Source: an uncultured Spirochaetota bacterium (GTDB lineage: Bacteria; Spirochaetota; Spirochaetia; SZUA-6; Fen-1364). Taken from it: a DNA stretch of 64,000 nucleotides. The notes under the pieces were generated by a model. The model saw nothing but the letters and a program-made list of their open reading frames with translations. It searched no databases and was not told the DNA's origin. The stretch is from contig CAVUXE010000009.1 of assembly GCA_963745235.1 (NCBI GenBank), positions 96,001 to 160,000 of the forward strand, read 5' to 3'. This document shows positions 30,960 to 41,292 of this stretch, one piece after another. The translations under genes and the position numbers were made by a program. How positions within the stretch are numbered: the first letter of the stretch is position 1; every line of letters starts with the position of its first letter.

Positions 30960-32167
30960 AGCATCCACCGCACGCCGAATCGAATGTTCGCGAAATCGAA
31001 CGCTCCGAAAGAGACCGGCACGTAGCCGAAAGGCACGCCGTTGGGACCAAGAGAATCAACGAAGAGGTCGGTCATTGCGCTCAGATACAACATCGGAACG
31101 TATTCGACGAACAGCCTGCTCCTGCCCGCCAGAGGAAACTCCACGCCGAGGTTCAGCTGCAGCCCGCCCGGAGAGATGGCGTCAAGGTGGGGCGGGAATC
31201 CCGGGATGAGCACGACGCGAAGGAACCCTCCCACCGAGGTGTACCAGCGCAGGAATGCGTCCTCGGGAGACCAGTACGATCCCAGCTGAACGTTCACGTG
31301 GACCAGGGGGAAGCTGTGGAGAAGGGAATCAGGGCTGAAAGCAAGCCCCACGAGGAAGCTCGTGACCCCGACTTTGAGGAATGCCGTGTCCGGGAGCAGG
31401 AAGAATCCGGCATCTCCGCCGATGAAAAGGGCGTTGAAGAAAGAACCCTCCACGGAGAAAGAAGGTCCCGGCTGCTGTGGTATCTGAAGGTCGCGATCCG
31501 TGTCGACGTACAGCTCCATCTGCGCGGGATAATATCCTGCCCGGGTGGCCCGCACATGGTAGAAGGAGGGCGCCTCGAGATTCACCGTTGCCGCCCCATA
31601 CCTGCTCGTGAGCACGGGGCCGCCGGGCAATCCGCTTATCCGCGTGTCCGGGATCGCATGGATCGTCAGCTTTACGGTCCGTCTCACGGCGGGCTGATAC
31701 TTTTCCCTTGCCAGAGAGACGACCATTTCCCAGGACACCCGGGAGACATCCGCGGATGCGAGGTCTTGCACGGCGGAAAAGCCCTGGTCAATGATCGTGC
31801 TCTGCGTCAGCAGATCGAAGGACACGACGTGAATGGCCGGAGAGCCGCGACTTCCCGAGACTGCCACCCAGAGCCAGCTGTCCGCGCCTCGCCGGGCTGC
31901 CTCGTCGTTTCGCGCCGCCGGCGTCGGCGGGAACGCGAACGGTCCGTACTCGATGACCCTGAATCCTGGAAGACCTTCCTGGAGGGACAAGACCAGGGAC
32001 TTCGACAGGATAACCGCTTCCAGGGCCGTGAAGCCGCTTTCCGGCTGCGCTTCCAGCGACACCAGGAGCCGCCGCGGGACGTTTGCGGCCTCCGAGGACG
32101 TCTGCGCAAAGCACACCCGGGCCAGCAGCAGTATGACGATGATGAGCGGGGTCTTCTTCACGATCAC
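30956..32167 (-). CDS. Exported protein with PEGA-like domain and predicted C-terminal beta-barrel
   Basis: Signal peptide; alternating aromatic strands; ends IRFGVRWML. Confidence 0.7.
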   Translation of the reverse strand: MIVKKTPLIIVILLLARVCFAQTSSEAANVPRRLLVSLEAQPESGFTALEAVILSKSLVLSLQEGLPGFRVIEYGPFAFPPTPAARNDEAARRGADSWLWVAVSGSRGSPAIHVVSFDLLTQSTIIDQGFSAVQDLASADVSRVSWEMVVSLAREKYQPAVRRTVKLTIHAIPDTRISGLPGGPVLTSRYGAATVNLEAPSFYHVRATRAGYYPAQMELYVDTDRDLQIPQQPGPSFSVEGSFFNALFIGGDAGFFLLPDTAFLKVGVTSFLVGLAFSPDSLLHSFPLVHVNVQLGSYWSPEDAFLRWYTSVGGFLRVVLIPGFPPHLDAISPGGLQLNLGVEFPLAGRSRLFVEYVPMLYLSAMTDLFVDSLGPNGVPFGYVPVSFGAFDFANIRFGVRWML

Positions 32168-33147
32168 TGTCCCCACCACGCGTTGATCCTGGAGACGACC
32201 CGGGAGGTTCTGTCATACACGTAGTACCAGCCGCCGCTCACGCGAGTGGCCATCTGAACGTCAGTGCTGCCGTTGTAGGGCAGGGAAAACGGCAAGGTGT
32301 TCCCGGAGACGTCGAGCCGGACAAAGGTCCCCCCCGGCGCGTTGCTGGCCCGTTGAAAGGAAATGAATCCATTCTGGGAATAGGCCGCCAGCCCGTTGTC
32401 CGCCCTTGGGGCTGTAAATGAGCCGTATGAGGTCAAGGGGGAGGTGAGCGTTCCACCGAAGCTCGCGGCAGGAATATGAAAATAGTAGTCTTGACCGGTC
32501 GTTGTCTCTTCCAGAATAAGGGTCGCAAAGGACAGAGCTGGGTCTGCCGTGATGTCCACGATCTGGAAGTTGAAGGAAGGGTTGGCGCTGATGCTTGCCC
32601 CTGACGAGCTTGCATAGCCCCAGACATTGCTGTAGATCGTGTAACTGAGCTGATTTCCGGAAACGTTGAAGCCTGCGTAATTCAACGTCCCGTCAGAAAA
32701 GCCGAAGTTGCCGGGGCCAGGGGAAAAAGTGCGGGCAACGAAGCCGAAAATCCCCGTTTGCCCCGCCGGACAATCCAATCCGAGAATCAATACACTGCCG
32801 GATGCCCCGAGGAATGCCCGCGTGTTCGCGAAAGACGCGGAAAGCAAGCTGAGGTCCTGGTACGAGATCGTCTGGAGCACGTTCAGGTTTTGATCCATGA
32901 CAAAAAGGTGCGGGCCGTCGTACGGCTGGGCATCGGCAAGGAAGACCAGGTCCACGCCGTTCGCCGTCAGAGTGCTGAGGGTAAAGCTCCCGGCAAAATC
33001 CGACGGGATGTCGGCCGAAAAATCCCTTTGGGCCGCGAGCTGCGTTGCCACAGGCGGAAACGTCGAGGCGCTGAAAAAGCCGCACGAGCTCACCAGGCCG
33101 AAAAGAAAGGCCGCTATGACCGCGCGGGCACTCCGTGCGACTACCAT
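32164..33147 (-). CDS. Lipoprotein, beta-rich
   Basis: FLFGLVSSC lipobox; S/T/G/N-rich. Confidence 0.78.
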   Translation of the reverse strand: MVVARSARAVIAAFLFGLVSSCGFFSASTFPPVATQLAAQRDFSADIPSDFAGSFTLSTLTANGVDLVFLADAQPYDGPHLFVMDQNLNVLQTISYQDLSLLSASFANTRAFLGASGSVLILGLDCPAGQTGIFGFVARTFSPGPGNFGFSDGTLNYAGFNVSGNQLSYTIYSNVWGYASSSGASISANPSFNFQIVDITADPALSFATLILEETTTGQDYYFHIPAASFGGTLTSPLTSYGSFTAPRADNGLAAYSQNGFISFQRASNAPGGTFVRLDVSGNTLPFSLPYNGSTDVQMATRVSGGWYYVYDRTSRVVSRINAWWGQ

Positions 33148-34401
33148 CTGAACACTGCCCCGAGCGTCACGGGCGGGAGCACACCGCCTGCAAGAACGAT
33201 ATTTCTCCCCAGCAGATTCGGGCTCGTGATGCCGAGTGCCATCTTCAGCTCGGGCCGCAGGAAGAAGATCACGCCAGGCAGGCTCAGCTCCCCCGACACG
33301 CTGATGATGTTGAGGTAGCTGTCAACGAACAGGGGCAGGCCTCCGCCGCTGCCCGGACGCCTCGGAAAGAATGACTCCGAGCCCGGCTGAGGCTGCGAGT
33401 CGAAAACGGGAATCCGGCGGGAAGAACAGGTAGCTGCCCGCTGAAATCTCGGAATCCACGTGGAAGAGCCAGTTTCCCCACTGCGTTGCCGGCACCTGTC
33501 CGTACGGGTAGAGCGAGAACGAAAGGAAGACCGAGTCTGGAACCGGGTAGTAGCGCAGCGCCGCTCCCCCGCCAATGAGCTGTCCGAACGTCCACTGCGC
33601 TTCAACGGCCATCCTCGTCACGTGCGCCAGCGAGGAAAGCGCAATCACGGGAGCGCACCGCACGCTCTCCCACGCCGAGTGATACCCCGCAAGGCGCTTC
33701 TCCACCACGAGGGTTTCCCCTTGCCTCATGCCAGGCGCCTGGAAGATGAGCTTCCCGCCTTCTATGCTCCCCGCGCTTCGCTCCCCTGCCAGGAGAACCT
33801 CCATCCCATCCTGAGAGGAAAGGAAGGTGACGGACGAAAGGAGATTTCCTGTTTCCTCCGTGGACCGGGCCTCGCCGGGCGTCGGAAGGCTGAGACGTGA
33901 CAGGAGATCCTTCATCTCGTCGTGCAGGACGCTGTAGATTCCGAGGTTGTAGCGCCATGTCTTCATGAAACCCGCCATCAGGCCGCCCGTCCGTGTTTCG
34001 TAGCAGGAAACGGAGATCAGGATCCGGTCATCCTGGACGGAGTAGAACCCGCTCACCGCGATTCCCGCGCCGGCGGTCCCTGCAACCGAGCTTGTCCGGG
34101 AAGGATCCAGAAAGTCCTGCCCTGAGAGCTTCGAGCCATCCCCCGCTCGCCATTGGGTCTCGGGCACAAGCTGAAATCCCGATGCACTGAGCTCCGCACT
34201 GATTGCAGAAGAGAGACTTTGAGACCTGTCGGGCGCCTCCCCAGGCGCGGGAGTTGCCGCTCCCCGGGAAGCCGGGGAAAGGTCCACGAAAGGGAAGACA
34301 CATGCCATTCGGTGAGCGGCCAGCACCGTCTGGCCGGCGGCGACAAAACCTGCAAGCGTGAATATCAGGATCGCGCAGAACAAGGACCTTGTTGCGGGCA
34401 T
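33141..34401 (-). CDS. Exported protein with CsgG/FlgO-like, PEGA-like and predicted beta-barrel domains (frameshift near 33352)
   Basis: VFPFVDLS, AVSGFY, CYETRTG; ends TLGAVFRW; same layout as 30956..32167. Confidence 0.7.
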
Positions 34402-34443
34402 TGCGATGATTACGCGGAGCAGTATAGTGCATTTCGGCTGTCC

Positions 34444-34472
34444 TTGCCACATTTCTCCCGATCGACTACACT
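34444..34472 (+). promoter_or_regulatory. sigma70-type promoter, overlapping a divergent one
   Basis: Plus strand TTGCCA-17-TACACT; minus strand TGGCAA-17-TATACT. Confidence 0.5.
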
Positions 34473-34485
34473 TTGAAGAGGTCAT

Positions 34486-36402
34486 ATGTCGCCAGAGGAT
34501 CTGCTCTCACTCCTTCGCGGCTTCGCCCTGCGAAACAAGGCCTCCACGGTTGACCTGCGACAATTCATTGCATCGCTTCCCAAGGGCCAGATCACTCCGA
34601 CAGAGATGGGGACGGCGCTGACCGGACTTGCAAAGAAGGGGGCGCTTCGTCTCTCCGCTTCCGAAGGCAAGATCCGTGCCGTCTCGTTTCCGGACTTTTC
34701 CGAGATGGCTCTTCAAGAGGAATACAGGCGATTGGCGGTTGAGCCTGACCTGCCCTTCCCGAGCCCGGAGAGCCTCCCCGTGAAGGTCCCGCCTGAGGAG
34801 GTTGCGACTGTCGACGTGAAGGGAGACTTCGCCAAGCTCCTGGACGATGATGAGACCCCCCGCAAGGGCATCGTCAGAGTGGAGTTTCCCGACGGGGTGA
34901 GGTCTCTCGTCGTGCCCCGGGATATCGTAAGCACTGGCCTGATCGAGGCCGCGGCGGCCAAGATTTCCCGCTACCTGCAGGACCCGAAGAACGCCTCTTT
35001 TGCGGAGAGCAAGCTGGGATCCGTGCTTCGCGGGAACGAGCTCGTCCTTCGCCAGGCCCTGGAGGACGCCACCAGCAGGCCGCGCAAGGCTGCCTCCCTG
35101 ATCCTTTCACCCAGTGATTTTCAGTTCCGCTTCTGGAACCACCTGACGAACCTCCTGCTCCAGGATTCCCGGGGGAAGGAACGCAAGACGGACGCGGACC
35201 ACGGGTTGTGCCAGTCCGCGCTCATCGTTGCCTACGCGGTTTTCCACATGAAGGGCGCGTCGCAGCGGGACCAGGAACGGACCGCTGACCTGAAGAAGCT
35301 CGACGCCGCGGTCCGAAAGCCCCCTTTCGTATTCGGCTACCAGGAGCTGTATGAGCTGAAGGATGAGAAAGGCGCGGCGTACTCGGCCAAGCACACCCGG
35401 GACTTCATTCATGGATTTCTCAAGGAGAAGACCCAGCGTGTCGGGGATGAAAGCCTCCCCTACCTGGTGCGGGTGCACGCCGTCTCTCAGAACAAGGACT
35501 ATTTCATCCAGCGGGACCTTCTGGTGACGGTCTTCCTGCAGAAAATCGCAGAGGCTTCGGATGAGCTGCGAGCTCGATTCCTGGACCAGTGGGCAGCCGC
35601 AATGAAGACAGACACCTACCCTCCGGCCGCGCGAAACGATGCGGCCTTCCGGCGCGATGTGGAGGTCCATGTCAAGGAAGACTATCCGCTCCTCTCCGCC
35701 CTGGCCAACGGCTCGGTTCTCTACCTGGCCGCGGAGCTTCCGGGAACGCCGCAGGCGGCCAAGGCGGAGGTCGCCCGGTGCTTCTCCGTGGAAAGCATCC
35801 TGCGCCCCTTCGATGAGCTTCTGGGGCTGAACCGTGCCCGGCTGCTCAAGGACGTCCGTCTGTACCTCCCGTTCTGGCAGACCATGCCGCTCATCAGCGG
35901 CATCGTGCGATTTTTCCGGCGGCTGGGCCGAAAGCGGTCGCGGGAAGAGGGACAGGCCCCGGGACCCCCGGCGAGCGCCCGTGTCGTTCTGGGCGAGCCG
36001 GCTGCGGCAGCGCTGGGGAAGACAGCGGGCGGAGAAAAAGGCAAAGGGGAGAAGACCAACCTTCTTCAGTACAAGAGGAGCATCCAGGCCCTCATTTCTC
36101 ACTACGTCCCTTCCGGCAAGACGATAGATCTCACCCTGGACGAGCTTGCCGAGAAGTGGAACCCGCTTTACGACTCCCGGGCGAAAAAGAACCTCGTCGA
36201 AGACGTGAACGCGCTGGTGAGGGACTTCCTGCGCCCCATCCGGCGGTCATTTCTCGCTCAACCCCCTGACATCAAGAGGCTCCACGCCCTTGCGGAGCAG
36301 CTCTCGACGAGCAAGAGCCTGGCGAAGATCAAGAAACGCGAGGTACTGAAAAGCTACATTGAGCTGTACATGGTCCGCAGCCTCGAGGTTAAATCTCTCT
36401 AG
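34486..36402 (+). CDS. Hypothetical cytoplasmic helical protein
   Basis: 638-aa ORF with typical codon use and a GAGG RBS; no motif recognised. Confidence 0.8.
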   Translation: MSPEDLLSLLRGFALRNKASTVDLRQFIASLPKGQITPTEMGTALTGLAKKGALRLSASEGKIRAVSFPDFSEMALQEEYRRLAVEPDLPFPSPESLPVKVPPEEVATVDVKGDFAKLLDDDETPRKGIVRVEFPDGVRSLVVPRDIVSTGLIEAAAAKISRYLQDPKNASFAESKLGSVLRGNELVLRQALEDATSRPRKAASLILSPSDFQFRFWNHLTNLLLQDSRGKERKTDADHGLCQSALIVAYAVFHMKGASQRDQERTADLKKLDAAVRKPPFVFGYQELYELKDEKGAAYSAKHTRDFIHGFLKEKTQRVGDESLPYLVRVHAVSQNKDYFIQRDLLVTVFLQKIAEASDELRARFLDQWAAAMKTDTYPPAARNDAAFRRDVEVHVKEDYPLLSALANGSVLYLAAELPGTPQAAKAEVARCFSVESILRPFDELLGLNRARLLKDVRLYLPFWQTMPLISGIVRFFRRLGRKRSREEGQAPGPPASARVVLGEPAAAALGKTAGGEKGKGEKTNLLQYKRSIQALISHYVPSGKTIDLTLDELAEKWNPLYDSRAKKNLVEDVNALVRDFLRPIRRSFLAQPPDIKRLHALAEQLSTSKSLAKIKKREVLKSYIELYMVRSLEVKSL

Positions 36403-37604
36403 TGAACGCACAACACGATTTCGACAGGATCATCGAGAGGCGGGGGACTGCCTCCTTGAAATGGGACTCGGGCATGCGGCTCACCGGCATGGATGGGCTC
36501 CTCCCGTTCTGGGTCGCGGACATGGATTTCGAGGCCCCGCCGGAGATTCGGGATGCGCTTGCCCGCCGCCTCCAGCACGGCATCTACGGCTACACCGTTG
36601 AGCCGGAGTCATACTTCCAGGCCGCCGGGCAGTGGCTCGAGCGGCGCCACGGCTGGAAGGTCAAGCGGGATTGGATGCTGCCCTCCCCCGGCGTCATCCC
36701 CTGTCTCTCGGCGGCCATCCTTGCGCTGACCGATCCGGGAGACGGAATCGTCATCCAGCCTCCCGTGTATCACCCCTTCGCCATGCGCGTCACCGGGAAC
36801 GGGAGGAGGGTGGTGGAGAACCCGCTCGTGCTCTCCGGGGCGAAATGGGAGATGGACTTCGACGGCCTGGACAGGGCCATCGACTCCGGCACACGCATGC
36901 TGATCCTCTGCAGCCCGCATAATCCGGTGAGCCGGGTCTGGTCCCGCGGAGAGTTGGAGCGGCTCGTCGAGATCTGCGTCCGCAGAAAGGTCGTGATCGT
37001 TTCTGACGAGATTCATTTCGACCTCGTGATGCCGGGCTTTCGCCACATCCCCATTGCCTCCCTTTCCCCGGAAGCGTCGCGCATCACCGTCACCCTTTTC
37101 GCCGCCACCAAGACTTTCAACCTGGCGGGGCTGGGAGGGTCACTCGCCGTGGCGGAAGATCCCGAGCTGCGAAAGCGCCTGGACGCCGCGCAGCACGCGG
37201 TCTTTGCCGGCCTGGCCAACGTGTTCGCGGCAACCGCTTCAGAGGCGGCGTGGCGCAATGGCGGCCGCTGGCTGGAGGAGCTCCTGGGGTATATCCAGGG
37301 CAACTATCGATTTGTCGTCTCGTTTCTGGCCCAGCGCCTCCCCGTTGTTCGCGCCTTTCCCCTGGAAGGCACCTACCTCGCGTTCCTCGACATGAGACCA
37401 CTCGGGCTGAGCGATGACGAGCTGACCGACCGGCTGCGGCGCGTCGGCGGAGTATGGCTGGATGAAGGCCGCAAGTTCGGTCGGGGCGGGCAGGGGTTCC
37501 AGCGGCTGAACCTCGCGTGTTCCCAAGCAGTCCTCAGCGACGGCCTGGAGCGCGTTGCCCGCGCGCTCTCCTCCGCTGTCCCTTCGACTCCTCACGCGAG
37601 GTGA
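36402..37604 (+). CDS. PatB/MalY family PLP-dependent C-S lyase
   Basis: WVADMDF, CSPHNP, SDEIH, KTFNLAG. Confidence 0.93.
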   Translation: MNAQHDFDRIIERRGTASLKWDSGMRLTGMDGLLPFWVADMDFEAPPEIRDALARRLQHGIYGYTVEPESYFQAAGQWLERRHGWKVKRDWMLPSPGVIPCLSAAILALTDPGDGIVIQPPVYHPFAMRVTGNGRRVVENPLVLSGAKWEMDFDGLDRAIDSGTRMLILCSPHNPVSRVWSRGELERLVEICVRRKVVIVSDEIHFDLVMPGFRHIPIASLSPEASRITVTLFAATKTFNLAGLGGSLAVAEDPELRKRLDAAQHAVFAGLANVFAATASEAAWRNGGRWLEELLGYIQGNYRFVVSFLAQRLPVVRAFPLEGTYLAFLDMRPLGLSDDELTDRLRRVGGVWLDEGRKFGRGGQGFQRLNLACSQAVLSDGLERVARALSSAVPSTPHAR

Positions 37605-37947
37605 GGAAAATGGGCGGGACGAGCGTCCACACCGCCAGCGCAACCGCCCCGTGCCACGGCTCGTAGTACGGCGGACGAACGAAACGCAGCGGGCCCGTAC
37701 CGATTGCATAGATCCAGACCACAAGGGAGAGGGTAGAGACAACGAGCTGGGCGCGGGAGTCGACGCCGGACGCCCTTCTGAGATACACCGGCGTGATTGC
37801 CACGAGGAGGAGGGCAACCACGAGATGAGGCAGGAGCGCTGGAGGCATCACGCCCTGGATGAAGATGAAGACGGCAATCACCTCACTGGGAATCAGCTTC
37901 AGGAGGACCTGCAGAAAAGAGTTTTCCTGCTCGATCGATCTGCTCAT
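37534..37947 (-). CDS. Small membrane protein, about 4 TM
   Basis: LLKLIPSEVIA...; hydrophobic segments; AAAGG RBS. Confidence 0.7.
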   Translation of the reverse strand: MSRSIEQENSFLQVLLKLIPSEVIAVFIFIQGVMPPALLPHLVVALLLVAITPVYLRRASGVDSRAQLVVSTLSLVVWIYAIGTGPLRFVRPPYYEPWHGAVALAVWTLVPPIFLTSREESKGQRRRARGQRAPGRR

Positions 37948-37990
37948 TGCGGCACCTTTCATTTTGAATCACGCATGACTTTTCACGACG

Positions 37991-38704
37991 TCAACGACGC
38001 TTCCACCATATTCCCGTGCATTCGGGCACTATCACATCGCCTTCTGCCGCGAGCTCATAGTCTGCCATCTGGCCGAAGAACAGCTCGACCAGCCGCCTCG
38101 CTTCAGACAGGGAAGGGAACCGGTAGTCCGTTCGAATCCAGCGGGCCGTGAACCCGAGCTGCCTTTCCAGATAGCCGTAGAAGACAGGCAGGACGGCACC
38201 CGGCGCCGCGGGCATGCGCAGACCCGTCCCCAGGGTCTCAATGACGATGAGCGTGCCCCCCGGCATCAAGAGCCGCGCGCTTTCGGCGAGCAGGGCGTCC
38301 GCGGTGTTCTGCCATTGGCTTTGCCCCTGCGAGACGGTGTACCCGAAGCTCCATCCCTCAATGACGATTTCCGCGCTCGCGTCGGGGAGTGGAATGGCCC
38401 TGTTGTCCGCCTTCTGAAGAGTGACATTGCCAAGGGCACGGCCCTTCAGATTCGAGGCCGCCGTGTCCAGCATGTGCTGCGATGCGTCGAAAGCGAGGAC
38501 TTCCGAGCACAGCGGGGCAACGAGCATGGTGACCCGACCGGTCCCGGCCCCCATCTCCACCACGGTCTTTCCCTCGAAATCCGTGATCTCTCCCAGGGCC
38601 CGCGGGAGGTTCCCTTGCCAGTCCTCCGCGGCGACGAGCTCGTGGTATTCCGCGGCGTGCCTGTTGAAGATCAGCTCGAACCGCGTCTGCTCATTCTCCG
38701 TCAT
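37991..38704 (-). CDS. Class I SAM-dependent methyltransferase
   Basis: VVEMGAGTGR, LMPGG. Confidence 0.9.
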   Translation of the reverse strand: MTENEQTRFELIFNRHAAEYHELVAAEDWQGNLPRALGEITDFEGKTVVEMGAGTGRVTMLVAPLCSEVLAFDASQHMLDTAASNLKGRALGNVTLQKADNRAIPLPDASAEIVIEGWSFGYTVSQGQSQWQNTADALLAESARLLMPGGTLIVIETLGTGLRMPAAPGAVLPVFYGYLERQLGFTARWIRTDYRFPSLSEARRLVELFFGQMADYELAAEGDVIVPECTGIWWKRR

Positions 38705-40215
38705 CGCTTCCCTCCATTCTTATTGGCCCGCTCACGAGCCGGCCTGACCGCCGGCTCCAGCCGGGCCGCGGCGCCGGAAAGCCTGTACACCCTGCATGCA
38801 GCCCCTGACTCGATCTCCCGGGGGTAATGCGTGACCACAACGGCAGGGATGGGGTGAAGCGAGAGAAGCCGCAGCACCAGGGTCCAGAGGCTCCCCCGCG
38901 CTTCGCCGTGCAGGCCGCTGAACGGCTCGTCCATGAGGATGGCATCAGGGGCACGTGCGAAGCAACGGGCAAGGGCCGCGCGCTTCTTCATCCCTCCCGA
39001 AAGCTCCTCCGGCCTCTTGCTCTCCGCCCCCGCAAGCCCCACCTCTGCAAGGAGAACGCGCGCGGCGCCAAGCGCCTCTTCGCGGGTGTGCCCGCCGTAG
39101 AGAAGGGGAAGCGCGGCATTCAGCTCGACGCTCCTCCAGGGCAGCAGCCTGTCATCCTGGAACACGAAGCCGATGCGAAGCGGCCTGGATATCGAGCCGC
39201 TTTCCGGCCGAAGGATACCTCCGATCAGCTTCAACAGGGTTGACTTTCCAACCCCGGAGTCGCCCGTAATGACCGCTACGGTGCCCGGCGGGACGGAGAG
39301 GTTGATTCCTTCCATCAGCGTCCCTTTCCCGGGCCACGAGAATCCGACTTCCCGGAGCAAGACGCGGGGCGCGCGGGGGGCCTCCGAGAAAAGCTGCTGC
39401 ATCACCCTGGCTCCGCTGCTGACCCCGCGAGGCACCGAGCCGCGGACGAACAATCCGCGCAGAGGAAGTCGGACATGCGCGACCCAGGGAAGCGCGTACG
39501 TGAATGCGAGAATCATCAGGATGAGGACAATCGCCCACGCGAAAAGGCTGCGGATCCGCAGGGACATGTACGCGGACTGGATCTGAAAGCCGATGCCGTT
39601 GACGGCGCCGAAATACTCCGCGGTGACCGACGCCTTCACCGCCAGGACGAGCCCGGCCTTCAACGACGCGGCAAGGAAGGGACCCAGGTGCGGGAGGACC
39701 AGCTCCCGCATGCGCGGGAGAAACCCCGGGGCGAACACGGACAGCATTTCCCCGTACGGGCGGGGCAGGGTCGTCATTCCTTCCCCGATTGTTACGGCCA
39801 CCAGGGGGAAGGTGATGAGGGAGATCACGGTGATTGCCGGAAGGTGACCGATCCCCACGAGGGCCACGAGCGGAATGGCCCAGAGGAGAGGCGGCATACC
39901 CTGAAAAAACTGCACGATGGGCCGGAAAAACGCGCCCGTGCCGGGGCGGCTGCCGGAGGCGATTCCTACGACGAGCCCCGCCGCAAAACCCGCACAGAAA
40001 CCGATGCAGACCCGAACGAAGGTGATGAGGATCTGCTGCCACGTGAAAGCCTGGGCAAGAAGGACCACGGTGTCCGCGGCGGACGTCCACGGCGAGGGCA
40101 CCAGATAGGAGCCGGCAAAGAGACTTGCCGCGGTCCACACGACAAGGAGCGCGGCCGTTCCAGCCGCTGCGGGAAGGCGAAGGTGCTGTGCGTGCGTCGT
40201 CTTCCCGCGTTCCAT
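38701..40215 (-). CDS. NitT/TauT-type ABC permease fused to ATPase
   Basis: TM domain (PPLLW, AEYFG..GIG) followed by GDSGVGKS, LSGGM and DEPF. Confidence 0.85.
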   Translation of the reverse strand: MERGKTTHAQHLRLPAAAGTAALLVVWTAASLFAGSYLVPSPWTSAADTVVLLAQAFTWQQILITFVRVCIGFCAGFAAGLVVGIASGSRPGTGAFFRPIVQFFQGMPPLLWAIPLVALVGIGHLPAITVISLITFPLVAVTIGEGMTTLPRPYGEMLSVFAPGFLPRMRELVLPHLGPFLAASLKAGLVLAVKASVTAEYFGAVNGIGFQIQSAYMSLRIRSLFAWAIVLILMILAFTYALPWVAHVRLPLRGLFVRGSVPRGVSSGARVMQQLFSEAPRAPRVLLREVGFSWPGKGTLMEGINLSVPPGTVAVITGDSGVGKSTLLKLIGGILRPESGSISRPLRIGFVFQDDRLLPWRSVELNAALPLLYGGHTREEALGAARVLLAEVGLAGAESKRPEELSGGMKKRAALARCFARAPDAILMDEPFSGLHGEARGSLWTLVLRLLSLHPIPAVVVTHYPREIESGAACRVYRLSGAAARLEPAVRPARERANKNGGKR

Positions 40216-40219
40216 GGAC

Positions 40220-41206
40220 CTACTGCGCGAAAAAGAACCGTTCGTCGAGGGTCCGTTTTTCTCCCGGGAGAAACGGCGCAACCTGGCGATAGTAGGCAAG
40301 CACCCTGGATTCGTTTTGCGCAAGGTCCGGCACTTCGAAGAAAGTCCGCCGCGTCGCTTCTTTCACAACGGCTGGAGCGAGCCCGAGGGTCGCGGCGAAG
40401 CCGTCCGCGGCAGCGGCGGGGCTGACCGAGACCGCGCGGCTGGATTCCCGCCAGGCTTCCACCACCGCGAGCAGCAGAGACCTGTGCGATGAGGCAAACG
40501 CTTCCGTGGAGAAGAGGCTGACTTGGGGGGACCTGCCGTCCCCTCCGTTCATCGCCGCCCAGGCCTGCGAATACTCGATAAGCCGCAGAAGCCCGTTCCT
40601 GCCGGAAACGGAGGTGGCTATCGGCTCAGGCAAAGCGGCAGCGTCGATCTGCCCGGAGAGAAGGCGCGCCACGCTCTGGGCAAAAGGGCCGTAGCTGATG
40701 GAAAGATCTTTCCCGGGATCGATCCCCTGGTGGGCAAGGAGGGCACGGGTCTGGAAGTCCAGCGGCGAGCCGGGAAAAGGCAGGGCAAGTCTTTTTCCCC
40801 TCAGGTCGGCGAAGCTCCTGATGGAGGAATCCCTGCCGACCAGCGAAGCGAGGGCCCATACGCCTGTGTCGATCATGATGATGGGACTGCCGTCCAGCCG
40901 GTTCTGCCAGCCCTGGCTCGTTCCGCTCAGGAGCAGGTCCGCATCCCCGCGAAGGAGGAGCGCGAGGGCCTGGGCATGATTGGCAAACATCTCCACCTGT
41001 ATGTCCGCGCCGGGGAGGGAGCGCTCCTTTGCCATCATCAGGAAGGGCAGCGCGGACGTGGTCTGGGGAACGAGGATGCGGATGCGCTCGATGTCCCGAG
41101 CCGCCGAATGGCCGATGCTGACGGAAACAAGGAGGGCAATGCAGAGAAAAAGGACTGTGAAGCCGCCGGGCGAGCTGAGCGGGTTTCGGCCGTTGGAGGG
41201 GTCCAT
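40220..41206 (-). CDS. NitT/TauT (NMT1/SsuA-like) substrate-binding protein
   Basis: DLRGKRL, GQIDAAALPEP; signal peptide. Confidence 0.87.
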   Translation of the reverse strand: MDPSNGRNPLSSPGGFTVLFLCIALLVSVSIGHSAARDIERIRILVPQTTSALPFLMMAKERSLPGADIQVEMFANHAQALALLLRGDADLLLSGTSQGWQNRLDGSPIIMIDTGVWALASLVGRDSSIRSFADLRGKRLALPFPGSPLDFQTRALLAHQGIDPGKDLSISYGPFAQSVARLLSGQIDAAALPEPIATSVSGRNGLLRLIEYSQAWAAMNGGDGRSPQVSLFSTEAFASSHRSLLLAVVEAWRESSRAVSVSPAAAADGFAATLGLAPAVVKEATRRTFFEVPDLAQNESRVLAYYRQVAPFLPGEKRTLDERFFFAQ

Positions 41207-41292
41207 ACCGCGCGCCAGAGTATTCCATTTGAATTAGCGCGACAAGCAGGAGCTTCGAGGGGTATAATGGCAGATCAGCAGGTAGCTTTGGC

